IMG/VR virus record: IMGVR_UViG_3300045988_088382
Length of the DNA: 55,782 nt
Origin: a virus
Reading direction: 5' to 3' (one strand)
A program made the position numbers and the translations under genes. The notes below the pieces were generated by a model. The model saw only the letters and a program-made list of their open reading frames with translations, was not told the DNA's origin and searched no databases. Within the stretch, counting starts at the first letter, position 1, and each line of letters starts with the position of its first letter. Below are positions 10,183 to 18,022 of this stretch, piece by piece.

Positions 10183-10593
10183 TCACCGCCCCCGCTGTAC
10201 GCGCGCAACCTGGCAGGCGCGCCAGTTCAGGCTTCCGGCGATACGGTAGATCACATGGTCATAAGGCGTGTCCGTAGTCCCGTCTTCTTTGAGTACAGGC
10301 TTCGTATCGACCCAAAACACACTCATCTCGTCAATCCGACAGTCAGGCGGTAGCGGGTTCAGCGTCATAACATACATGTTCTGCTGTCCGTAGGGCTGGT
10401 ATTCAACCTTACCGGACAGGTTGTTGTTGGTCAGGCCGGATGTTCCCGATATATTGACCCGCATAGCCCGCACCTTCCCGTAGACAGGCAGGCGTTCGCC
10501 GGTTTTGTTTCCGTCGGAATCCACAATCTCGGTCGTTCCCTCATACAACGCATACCACACCGTGCGCTTGTTGCGCTCTGCACCGTTTCGCAT
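10183..10593 (-). CDS. head closure / head-tail adaptor protein
   Basis: 136 aa; the start overlaps the upstream stop (TAATG). Confidence 0.5.
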   Translation of the reverse strand: MRNGAERNKRTVWYALYEGTTEIVDSDGNKTGERLPVYGKVRAMRVNISGTSGLTNNNLSGKVEYQPYGQQNMYVMTLNPLPPDCRIDEMSVFWVDTKPVLKEDGTTDTPYDHVIYRIAGSLNWRACQVARVQRGR

Positions 10594-10943
10594 TACACGA
10601 CACGCCCCTTTGGCGTGATCTGTTGCAGAAACTCGGCCGGAAGATCCATGTAGCCCCCGAATGAACGACTGATGCCGTTTTCGGAATGCAGGGATTCGCC
10701 TTCCATTCCTCGCTTGCCCCAGAGAAACACCGCGATTTCCATTTGTAAATTGAGATAACAGTCTTCAATGACTGCATTCTTCGGTATGCCGAACGGATAT
10801 TGCCTGTTCAGAATCCGCAAGGCCGCCTGATCAAGGTAGTACGGCAACAGCCTGACCAATTTCGCTTCTTCTTCATCCTGCTCGTTAATGCCGACAAGCA
10901 TTTTCATCAGGTCAACCTGATCCTCAGTTACGTAGCTGTCCAC
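10593..10943 (-). CDS. head-tail connector (gp6-like position)
   Basis: GTG at 10943, 10 nt after GAGGAGG; 116 aa. Confidence 0.5.
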   Translation of the reverse strand: MDSYVTEDQVDLMKMLVGINEQDEEEAKLVRLLPYYLDQAALRILNRQYPFGIPKNAVIEDCYLNLQMEIAVFLWGKRGMEGESLHSENGISRSFGGYMDLPAEFLQQITPKGRVV

Positions 10944-10960
10944 TGTTGCCGTACCTCCTC

Positions 10961-11143
10961 TCAAACGTCAGTCTTGCGACTTCTGGGCGCTCGTGTTCTC
11001 TTAGGCGCCTCTTCCGCGCCGTCGCTCACGATCTCACCAAATTCGTTAAGGCTTTCCGCGTCAGCGGGATCAATCGTCACCGATTGACCCGCAGAATGGT
11101 ACTCACCCCCATACCAAACCCAGCAGTTTGGAATGAGCCTCAT
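10961..11143 (-). CDS. hypothetical protein
   Basis: 60 aa; ATGA overlap with the capsid gene stop. Confidence 0.5.
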   Translation of the reverse strand: MRLIPNCWVWYGGEYHSAGQSVTIDPADAESLNEFGEIVSDGAEEAPKRTRAPRSRKTDV

Positions 11144-12207
11144 GCAATCACCTTCAAAACCGCAATCTCATCCATGCGCTCAAAGCTCGGCAGGACGATT
11201 TCGGAAGCAATCGTGTTGATGTTGACCGGGTGCTCCTCAATGATGCGCGTGACCGCAACGCCGGTGTTCACAATGGACACCTCAGCCTTACCGCTGCCCA
11301 TCAGGTCGGCCTCTTCCGGGGTCGTGCCGTACCACGTATAACCCAGGTTGCCATCCGGGATGAGGCACACATAGCCGTCCGGGACGAAAGACTTACTCAC
11401 GCCGTTCTCGTCCTTGAACATCTTGTCGTACACGATGAAGTCAATGCCGACCATATCACGGAACACGTTGGCGATGTCCGCACGGGTCAGGTAGCTGTAG
11501 GATTTGCCGGTAGCCGTCAGGAAACGGTTCTTCACAGCGTCAATCTTCGTCAGCATGTTGAAGGTCGTGTTATTCATAATCGCCGTGGTCAGCTTCGCGC
11601 CGGTAGCCGCAGCGACGGCGTTCTGTGCCTTCTGGATGTCTTCAAACGGATCGGCAGTCGCGGTAGCAGACCACAGCTTCGTGGTGGTCAGGCCGAAGTA
11701 GTTCTTGCTCTTCCAAGCGCCCTCGGGGTCGTAGTCGTAGGCGTACTTCACACCATTAGCCGAGATGTCGATCTTCGCCTCGCCGCCCTCCGGGAACAGC
11801 AGGCTCATAATCATGCGCTCCGGAACGACGTTCGCGCCGTCGATCAGCTCACCCGCGTCGTCGAACACGCGGTCGATGGTCGCACGCGCATACGGATCAC
11901 TGGAATCCTGAACGCGCAGAAGCTCCTGACGGTCATGCTCCTTGATCTTGAAACCCTCGCGGAAGAACGGCATCTCCGTTTCGATCTTCTCAAAGCCGAT
12001 TCGGTCACGGAAAGTCGCCTTCGCGTCAAACGCAGACGGCTTGAGCATGACCGGCAGACCCTTGCTACCCTTGAGCCATTTCAGGTCAAGTCCGGCGCGC
12101 TTCTTGGCCGGGAACAGGCCGGCGCCGAGGTACGGGATCTTGTTGCTCGCAGTCTCCGTCCAGCGGGCGGCGATAACGTCAGGGGTGAAAAAATCAATAA
12201 TGTTCAT
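11140..12207 (-). CDS. major capsid protein (protein-E-like)
   Basis: 355 aa; MNIIDFFTPDVIAARWTE...PYLGAGLFPAKK. Size and position after the scaffold and decoration genes. RBS GGAGGT. Confidence 0.85.
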   Translation of the reverse strand: MNIIDFFTPDVIAARWTETASNKIPYLGAGLFPAKKRAGLDLKWLKGSKGLPVMLKPSAFDAKATFRDRIGFEKIETEMPFFREGFKIKEHDRQELLRVQDSSDPYARATIDRVFDDAGELIDGANVVPERMIMSLLFPEGGEAKIDISANGVKYAYDYDPEGAWKSKNYFGLTTTKLWSATATADPFEDIQKAQNAVAAATGAKLTTAIMNNTTFNMLTKIDAVKNRFLTATGKSYSYLTRADIANVFRDMVGIDFIVYDKMFKDENGVSKSFVPDGYVCLIPDGNLGYTWYGTTPEEADLMGSGKAEVSIVNTGVAVTRIIEEHPVNINTIASEIVLPSFERMDEIAVLKVIA

Positions 12208-12219
12208 GGCTTACCTCCA

Positions 12220-12543
12220 TCAAATGTTTTCGCGGCAGACGATACCCGGAAGCACGGTCAGAAGGTCGCTGGCGGTATAGCTCACGCCGCTGTGCGTGGT
12301 CGCCTTGGTCAGGTTGATAACGCCCTGCACCAGCATTGCGCCGTTCGGGTTACTGGTCGGATCGACGTCATAGAGCAGAATGCCCTGTGCATCGGTCGCC
12401 GCAGAAAGCACGGTTCCGTCAGCCTTGACAGGCGTACCCGCTTTCACAACAGTGCTGCCCTTCACGCTGACCGGGAAGGCGACGAAATCATCAGCGGCCA
12501 GAATCTCAATCGTGCCGCCATACTGCGTCTTTTCATACTTCAT
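12220..12543 (-). CDS. head decoration-like protein (DUF2190-like)
   Basis: 107 aa beta-rich protein between the scaffold and capsid genes; RBS AAAGGAG. Confidence 0.5.
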   Translation of the reverse strand: MKYEKTQYGGTIEILAADDFVAFPVSVKGSTVVKAGTPVKADGTVLSAATDAQGILLYDVDPTSNPNGAMLVQGVINLTKATTHSGVSYTASDLLTVLPGIVCRENI

Positions 12544-12558
12544 ACGGTTTGTTCTCCT

Positions 12559-13104
12559 TTACTTGATCCTGTACGCATCCACAACCGTAGCCGTTGCCTT
12601 GGCAGAAGCCGCCGCCTCGCGGCCCATCTCCTTGGCAAGCGTTACGTTCGCGGATTCCGTCTTTTCCGTACCGCCGCCGGTCGGCGCGTTCATGCGCTTC
12701 ATAGCCTCGGCGCGGATAGACTTCTCACGACTGGCGTTGAACGCCGTTTGAAGCTCGAACACCGTTTTCAGATCGCCCTCCGCAAGCGCTTTCGCCGCAG
12801 CCGCCGCCTGTGTATTGTCGTAGCCCATGGCGATATACTGCGCGGTATGCTGGGAAATAAGGATTTGCTGGCTCAGCTCTGCGTTCCTGTCCTGCAACTC
12901 CTTCAAAGCCGCCGCTGTCTTCTCTTCGGCGCTCATTTTCTCTCGCGCGTCACGCTTTGCCGCCGCAAGCTCAGACGCGGTTTTGTCAAACGTCGCCTTG
13001 GCAATCCAGCCCGTCATGTCCAGCTCGTACCCTTCGAGCGCGGCAACCTTTTCCTCCGGGGTCATCTTTTCATAACCTTCGATATTTTTAGTGTTCAGCT
13101 TCAT
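12559..13104 (-). CDS. capsid scaffolding protein
   Basis: ATG at 13104 after GCAGGAGGAG; 181 aa. Ala/Glu/Lys-rich helical protein between the portal and capsid genes. Confidence 0.7.
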   Translation of the reverse strand: MKLNTKNIEGYEKMTPEEKVAALEGYELDMTGWIAKATFDKTASELAAAKRDAREKMSAEEKTAAALKELQDRNAELSQQILISQHTAQYIAMGYDNTQAAAAAKALAEGDLKTVFELQTAFNASREKSIRAEAMKRMNAPTGGGTEKTESANVTLAKEMGREAAASAKATATVVDAYRIK

Positions 13105-13118
13105 ATGTCTCCTCCTGC

Positions 13119-13165
13119 GTTTTAACGTCTTCTCTGACTTAATGTGTTTTAACGTCTTCTCTGAC
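13119..13165 (-). repeat. 2 x 20-nt direct repeat gttttaacgtcttctctgac (27-nt period) upstream of the scaffold gene
   Basis: Exact copies at 13119..13138 and 13146..13165, between the portal-distal terminator and the scaffold RBS. Confidence 0.8.
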
Positions 13166-13211
13166 AAAAACAAAAGGGGCTATAACGAGAACGTTACTCG
13201 CTATAGCCCCT
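13164..13211 (-). terminator. intrinsic terminator-like hairpin (copy A of a repeated two-hairpin element)
   Basis: Minus strand: GGGGCTATAGCGAG..CTCGTTATAGCCCC followed by TTTTGTTTTTG. Confidence 0.6.
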
Positions 13212-13223
13212 GTTGGCTGTTTC

Positions 13224-13243
13224 CTGCCGCCCGGTTGCGGCAG
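13224..13243 (-). other. 7-bp GC hairpin (first hairpin of element copy A)
   Basis: ctgccgc-ccggtt-gcggcag. Confidence 0.6.
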
Positions 13244-13329
13244 TCAGTTATTCAATTTCGCTCTTATCCCGCAGCTTCCGCGTGATCCTGACCACAACGA
13301 CGCTGCCCTTTTCGACCTTGAGCTCTACG

Positions 13330-14778
13330 TTATTCCCCGCCGTCAGTTCGGCGTTCACCGCTTCCAGTGTCTCCGGCATCCTCGACACGTCCACCCGCAC
13401 CGCTCGTCATCTCCTTTACGGTCTTCTTCTCCATTTCCCAATACCAATCCAAGCCCTGAATCACGGCTTCCTCCGGGTCGGGGAACAGGCCGCAAACCTG
13501 ATAGGCTTGTTTCGGATTCACCTTATCGCACCCCAGCAGCATGGTCAGCACGTTTGCCCGCGTGGAGATGTCCTCATAGTTGCGCCGCGTGAAGCGCTCT
13601 GTGATGTCGTCCTCGCGCAGATCGAAGCCGTCCTTCACCAGCGCACGGGCGATGCTCAGCGCGGCTTCTACGAACCGCTTATCGCTTCTCGCCCACAGGG
13701 TCTCCGTTTCCTTCGCCCTCGCCTCAGCATGCTGCCAGCCGTTGCGGACGATGGTAGAGCCGTTATTCGAGCTGTCAGACGTGTTTCCGTCGCCCGTAGA
13801 GGGCATGCCGACAATCGTCAGAATCTTCTTGTACAGGTCGTTTGTAAGCACCTGCTGGTCGGCCTGCTGCAAGTCCACCATGACGCTTTTGATGTTCGGC
13901 GTAGCGCCGCCCTTCACGGTTTTAGTGAAGATGAAAGCGCTTGGCTTGTTCTGCAACGCCTTGACCTGGTCATCGTCCAGCGCGATATCGTTAAACCACA
14001 TCAGGCTTTGGACGTTCTGCGCTGTCGCCTCAATGCGGTTGCTTTCGAGGATGTTCATGTCATCCAGCAAGTCGATGACCGGCTCGAATGCGCCAAGCCT
14101 GAACTCGTTATGCACATACTCGACAATCGGGATCACGCCCATCGGGTTAGGCTCTTCTTCGATAGTCGCGTCCGTCATCCGAAAATGCGATTCCGGGGTA
14201 TACACGTCGTACACCCGGCCAACACCCGTCTTATTCACATACGTCGCGGCGAACACAGGCTCAGAGTTCTTCGCAGAGCTGTTCCTATACGCCACAAACG
14301 TTGTCATCGGGTTTAGCGTCGTGATGATGAACGGGCTGTTATCCCCGTTATATGCGCTGTTCGGGTATATCATGCGATAACCCAACCCGCATATATGCAG
14401 ATCGTCGGCCAGCTCTTTATCCGTCGCGTTCTTGCCGCTCAGGTGCATGAAGTCGTTAAACTTCTCCACCAGCGTGGACACGCCTGCGCCGTCTTTGCGG
14501 CTGACGTATGTGATCGGCGAGCTGAGAAGATAGCTGCTCTTGAACGACACGATCTCGTTTGCGTGGTTCACGACCGTGTTGTACTGGATATCCGGCCTGA
14601 TCTCTTTGACGCGATCATAGATCGGCTGAATACCGCGCATATAGCCAAACAGGAAATTCTCTTCGGCGGAGTTCATGTCATGCTGCCCCAGCACGCCCGA
14701 GACGGCATTTCGGACATTAGCCGCCGTGACGCGCTCAAAATCCGTAACGACTTTTCGCCGCCCGGTGTACTTCCGCAT
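13330..14778 (-). CDS. portal protein (SPP1 gp6-like)
   Basis: 482 aa; immediately downstream of terL; RBS GGGAGGAGGG. Confidence 0.9.
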   Translation of the reverse strand: MRKYTGRRKVVTDFERVTAANVRNAVSGVLGQHDMNSAEENFLFGYMRGIQPIYDRVKEIRPDIQYNTVVNHANEIVSFKSSYLLSSPITYVSRKDGAGVSTLVEKFNDFMHLSGKNATDKELADDLHICGLGYRMIYPNSAYNGDNSPFIITTLNPMTTFVAYRNSSAKNSEPVFAATYVNKTGVGRVYDVYTPESHFRMTDATIEEEPNPMGVIPIVEYVHNEFRLGAFEPVIDLLDDMNILESNRIEATAQNVQSLMWFNDIALDDDQVKALQNKPSAFIFTKTVKGGATPNIKSVMVDLQQADQQVLTNDLYKKILTIVGMPSTGDGNTSDSSNNGSTIVRNGWQHAEARAKETETLWARSDKRFVEAALSIARALVKDGFDLREDDITERFTRRNYEDISTRANVLTMLLGCDKVNPKQAYQVCGLFPDPEEAVIQGLDWYWEMEKKTVKEMTSGAGGRVEDAGDTGSGERRTDGGE

Positions 14779-14878
14779 GGACTAGCCCTCCTCCCGATTT
14801 TAGTCTCTCCCTAGCTACCATATACAACATATTGTGGTTAATGTCAATAGATACCACAATATTTAGGCAAAAAAGTTT

Positions 14879-16510
14879 TTAGAACAGGCGCTGCATCACT
14901 CTTGGCCTATAAGACGTTTCCTCGTCCATACACACCGCCATGCACAGGCTGTCCGGCGCGTCGTCATTCTTGTTTTTGCCGACGATTTTGAAGCTGTACA
15001 CGTTCTGCATAAAAAGCTGATACGGCTTGCTCCGCTTCCCGTCATCCAAAAAGACCATTCGCTCCCGGATGTCCGGCGCTTTATCGAAAATGCGCTGCGT
15101 TTTGCCGCCGGTCGTCCTCTGCGCAACCCTCGTCGTCAGGTTGATCCGCTTTTTGCGCTTGCGCAGAATCTCGTCTACGCCCTCCGCGTAGTCCTCCGTC
15201 ATCTTCGTCGCTTCCACCTGTAACGCGCCAACGCCGTGCTCAATCACCTTATCCGCCACGAGCGCTTGTGTCACACGCTTATCTCCGTTATCGTACACAA
15301 CATCGTGCACATACAGCTCATTCCCGTACTTGAAGATGACCGGCATCGCGCAGAAGTCGCCGCCGCCCCAGCTCGGGTCAAGCGCCGCGAAGATGCGATC
15401 CGGCTCCCCTTCGGGCAGTACGCCGTTGTAATACCTGAAATCGCCAGGGCTGAACACCGCGCCGTCGCGCTCAATCGGCTCGCCCTGATACTGCGCGTTC
15501 CAGCTCGCCATGTCGTTATTCCGCTCAAACGACGCTCTGCGCTGCTGGTAGTACGACGTGTCAAAGCCTACGCCGTACTTGTAGTGGAAATTGCTCTCGT
15601 CCTTCTCGTTCAAGGCCGGAATGTTGATAATCTTTATCCGCCGCCGCGCAAACTTCGGGTTGTTCAGCACCGTGTCAATGCGCTGGCCAATGGGATCTGT
15701 CAGGCTCCACCGCGTTCCGCACCAGAGAATCTTACACCCGCTCTTTGCGCGCGTCAGAAGGTTATTATCCACCTTGCTCCACGCGGCGGTGAGCCGATCT
15801 TTGCTCATGGCTTCCTCAATGCCGCTGATCAGGTCGTCGCTCATCAGGATGCCGTTGACGTCCACAGCGCCGTTCAGCGTGGAATACAGCGATCTGCACG
15901 TCAGAGACGCATACCGCTTCCTGCGGTCGATGTTCAGCGTCTCGTCCTTGCTGTTCGTCGCCACAAGCTCCGCGCCGGGGAATATCTCATGCCATGTGTA
16001 CGTTACCGGGTCGTTGATAATCTCAAGCACGCCGTTGTAGAACGCGGATGTGATGACGTCGGAGTACGCGCAGTACAGGTTCGCCTGCTCGCTGTTCCGG
16101 CCTATCGTCCACGTCATATAGAACATCAGCAGCGACGTTTTGCCTACTCGCGGCGGACAGCTCAAAAACAATTCGTCCAGCTCGTCATCCGCGAGCGCTT
16201 GCAGGCTCTCGACAAACGGTTTAATCACTCGCCGCCGGGGCAGATAAAACCGCTCCTCCGGCTTTCTGTTCCATTCCAGATAGACCAGATAGCTGTCAAA
16301 GTCCTTAGGTGCCGCCCACAGGTATGTTTGCTTCACCAGCTCATACGCCGCCTCGTCGCCCCGCGTGGCGAGCCGCTGCGCGTAGCTTCGCGCTTTCAGG
16401 CACAGCGCCAGATCGTCGGTGTTCCGCGCCATGTCAAACAGCATGCTTATATTCTTGAGATTTGACAGGTTCGATTTCAAAAGCCTGTCGATGATTCGCG
16501 CGTCTTCCAT
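14879..16510 (-). CDS. terL: terminase large subunit
   Basis: ATG at 16510, 7 nt after GGAGGAGG; 543 aa. Walker-A-like CPPRVGKTS. Followed by the portal gene. Confidence 0.9.
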   Translation of the reverse strand: MEDARIIDRLLKSNLSNLKNISMLFDMARNTDDLALCLKARSYAQRLATRGDEAAYELVKQTYLWAAPKDFDSYLVYLEWNRKPEERFYLPRRRVIKPFVESLQALADDELDELFLSCPPRVGKTSLLMFYMTWTIGRNSEQANLYCAYSDVITSAFYNGVLEIINDPVTYTWHEIFPGAELVATNSKDETLNIDRRKRYASLTCRSLYSTLNGAVDVNGILMSDDLISGIEEAMSKDRLTAAWSKVDNNLLTRAKSGCKILWCGTRWSLTDPIGQRIDTVLNNPKFARRRIKIINIPALNEKDESNFHYKYGVGFDTSYYQQRRASFERNNDMASWNAQYQGEPIERDGAVFSPGDFRYYNGVLPEGEPDRIFAALDPSWGGGDFCAMPVIFKYGNELYVHDVVYDNGDKRVTQALVADKVIEHGVGALQVEATKMTEDYAEGVDEILRKRKKRINLTTRVAQRTTGGKTQRIFDKAPDIRERMVFLDDGKRSKPYQLFMQNVYSFKIVGKNKNDDAPDSLCMAVCMDEETSYRPRVMQRLF

Positions 16511-16533
16511 GCCCTGACCTCCTCCGTCGGCAT

Positions 16534-16566
16534 ACAAAAACAGGGGCTATGCTTTCATAGCCCCTG
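16534..16566 (-). terminator. intrinsic terminator (copy B of the two-hairpin element) between the recombinase and terL
   Basis: Minus strand: CAGGGGCTATGaaagCATAGCCCCTG followed by TTTTTGT. About 70 percent identical to copy A, including the flank atagcccctgttggctgt. Confidence 0.7.
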
Positions 16567-16577
16567 TTGGCTGTATC

Positions 16578-16597
16578 CCTCTGCCCGGTCGCGGAGG
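16578..16597 (-). other. GC hairpin (first hairpin of element copy B)
   Basis: cctctgc-ccggtc-gcggagg, in the same relative position as 13224..13243. Confidence 0.5.
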
Positions 16598-16609
16598 TCT
16601 TTTTTGTGC

Positions 16610-17368
16610 TTAATCCCTCGGCAGAATCGCTTCCTGCTGGCCTTCAACCCATTCGCTGTTCTTGCCGTAACGGTAATACCCCTGATAGGTTTTCTTGTTG
16701 TTGAGGATTCCAGCAACTGTCGCGAGCATGAACGGCTTTCCGCTTCTCGTCGGCCAGCCTTCCTCGTTCAGCTTGGCCACCACATCGCGCATCGTCAATC
16801 CCTGATCCCTAAGCTCGAAGGCGCGAATCACGGACGGTGCTTCGTTCGGGTTGACCACCAAATGCCCGTTGGAAACCGAGTAGCCCATTGGCGCCTTTCC
16901 ACCAGAATACCCGCCCTGCTCGGCTTTCTGAATCCGGCCGGCGCTGGTGCGCTTCATAATGTTCTCGCGCTCCATCTCTGCCACGCAGAGCGTGAACGCC
17001 TCTAGCATGTTCGCAAACACGCCAAACTGCCCGAAATCCTCCGCGATTGAGATCAGCTCAATGCCCTTCATCTTGAGCTGCATTTTGTAATAATAATATA
17101 CATTGATGTCTCGGGCGATGCGGTCTGACTTGGCTACGATCACCGCTTCAATCGGCGGGTTCTGCACGTCGCCGTACACAATCCGGTCAAACTCCGGTCT
17201 GTCCATCTTCGCGCCGCTCTTCGCCTCGTCCTTGTACTCGTGAACGAGCTGCATGTCGTTCCTGCGGCAGTATTCCGCAATCTGCGCGCGCTGCGCGTCG
17301 ATGCCGAACTTGTCCTCTCCAACCTGTCCTTCGGTGGATACCCGGATATAGCTCACTACGTTTTTCAC
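16610..17368 (-). CDS. serine recombinase, short form (resolvase catalytic domain plus recombinase domain, no zinc-ribbon/coiled-coil)
   Basis: 252 aa; GTG start 8 nt after GGGAGGG. Catalytic motif YIRVSTEGQ at residues 7-15; VAKSDRIARD. Recombinase-domain-like GGKAPMGYSV and ILNNKKTYQGYY. Confidence 0.9.
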   Translation of the reverse strand: MKNVVSYIRVSTEGQVGEDKFGIDAQRAQIAEYCRRNDMQLVHEYKDEAKSGAKMDRPEFDRIVYGDVQNPPIEAVIVAKSDRIARDINVYYYYKMQLKMKGIELISIAEDFGQFGVFANMLEAFTLCVAEMERENIMKRTSAGRIQKAEQGGYSGGKAPMGYSVSNGHLVVNPNEAPSVIRAFELRDQGLTMRDVVAKLNEEGWPTRSGKPFMLATVAGILNNKKTYQGYYRYGKNSEWVEGQQEAILPRD

Positions 17369-17414
17369 GGCTGTCGCCCTCCCCCAGTGATGGCTTGTGT
17401 CTGTTTATGGCATC

Positions 17415-17443
17415 AGTATAGCACGGCGTTCGTGTATTGTCAA
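17415..17443 (-). promoter_or_regulatory. consensus sigma-70-type promoter for the recombinase (and downstream terL operon)
   Basis: Minus strand TTGACA-17 nt-TATACT. The operator box GTCTGCATA lies 4 nt upstream of the -35. Confidence 0.75.
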
Positions 17444-17447
17444 GTAG

Positions 17448-17456
17448 TATGCAGAC
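17448..17456. promoter_or_regulatory. operator box TATGCAGAC (copy 1 of 4)
   Basis: The same 9-mer or its complement occurs at 17638..17646, 17669..17677 and 17692..17700. Confidence 0.6.
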
Positions 17457-17637
17457 GTTTTTATTTTTTGCGGGTATTCGGGGGATTACCCCCGCGCCTT
17501 TCGGCCTGCCCCCTTAATACCCCCGCCCCGGGATGCATCCAGGCGCGCCGACCCCACCAGGCCGGACGGATCGTATGCCCCGCGCAAGTGGCCGCCGCCG
17601 TGAAAAGTGGGCGCGATCCGCCGCCGCGTCAAAAAGT

Positions 17638-17646
17638 GTCTGCATA
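17638..17646. promoter_or_regulatory. operator box GTCTGCATA (copy 2 of 4)
   Basis: Exact complement of 17448..17456, about 190 nt away across the GC-rich spacer. Confidence 0.6.
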
Positions 17647-17661
17647 ATCTTAATAATACTA

Positions 17662-17690
17662 TTGACACGTCTGCATAACCGTAGTATACT
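17662..17690 (+). promoter_or_regulatory. consensus sigma-70-type promoter for the plus-strand operon 17743..19217
   Basis: TTGACA-17 nt-TATACT, the same hexamers as the divergent promoter. Confidence 0.8.
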
Positions 17691-17700
17691 ATATGCAGAC
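17669..17700. promoter_or_regulatory. perfect 9-bp inverted repeat operator GTCTGCATA-N14-TATGCAGAC bracketing the -10 element
   Basis: Read directly from the sequence; the palindrome is centred on TATACT. Confidence 0.7.
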
Positions 17701-17742
17701 AAAGGAAAAACACAAGACAGACAATCGAAAGGGGATCATTAT

Positions 17743-17979
17743 ATGACCACTTGCCGCAAACCCGCCCACCGCGCTTATTATGTGCGGTATCCCCGCGACT
17801 TTGCCAACGAGTACAGCCTCCGCTATACCGTTGGCGGCGCTGAACTGTCCACCGATGACGGTTGGGAGCGCATCACCCGGCGCGAGGCCGAGCGACTGGC
17901 GCGCGCTGAACGTGAGCGCCGCCGCTGGGAGCCAGAGCGCAGCGGATACGCTGACGCGGATATATACTCCGCCGATTAA
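17743..17979 (+). CDS. hypothetical Arg/Glu-rich protein (78 aa)
   Basis: ATG at 17743 after GAAAGGGGA. MTTCRKPAHRAYYVRYPRDF...RREAERLARAERERRRWE. First gene after the consensus promoter. Confidence 0.65.
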   Translation: MTTCRKPAHRAYYVRYPRDFANEYSLRYTVGGAELSTDDGWERITRREAERLARAERERRRWEPERSGYADADIYSAD

Positions 17980-18022
17980 CAACAACAACAACAAAGACGA
18001 AATAGAAAGAGAGGATTGCACC

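Noticed and set aside
11230-13125. 631-aa plus-strand ORF. Similar long ORFs occur at 4450..5688, 13213..14316, 15236..16465, 17689..18414 and 37124..37732.
   Set aside because: Each lies entirely antisense to a well-supported structural or replication gene. They have Arg/His/Leu/Val-rich nonsense composition typical of the reverse frames of GC-rich coding DNA, and they lack RBSs.
17533-17742. N-terminal extension of the first plus-strand gene (track ORF 17533..17979)
   Set aside because: The extension covers the GC-rich spacer and both promoter elements. The ATG at 17743 has the RBS and lies downstream of the -10.
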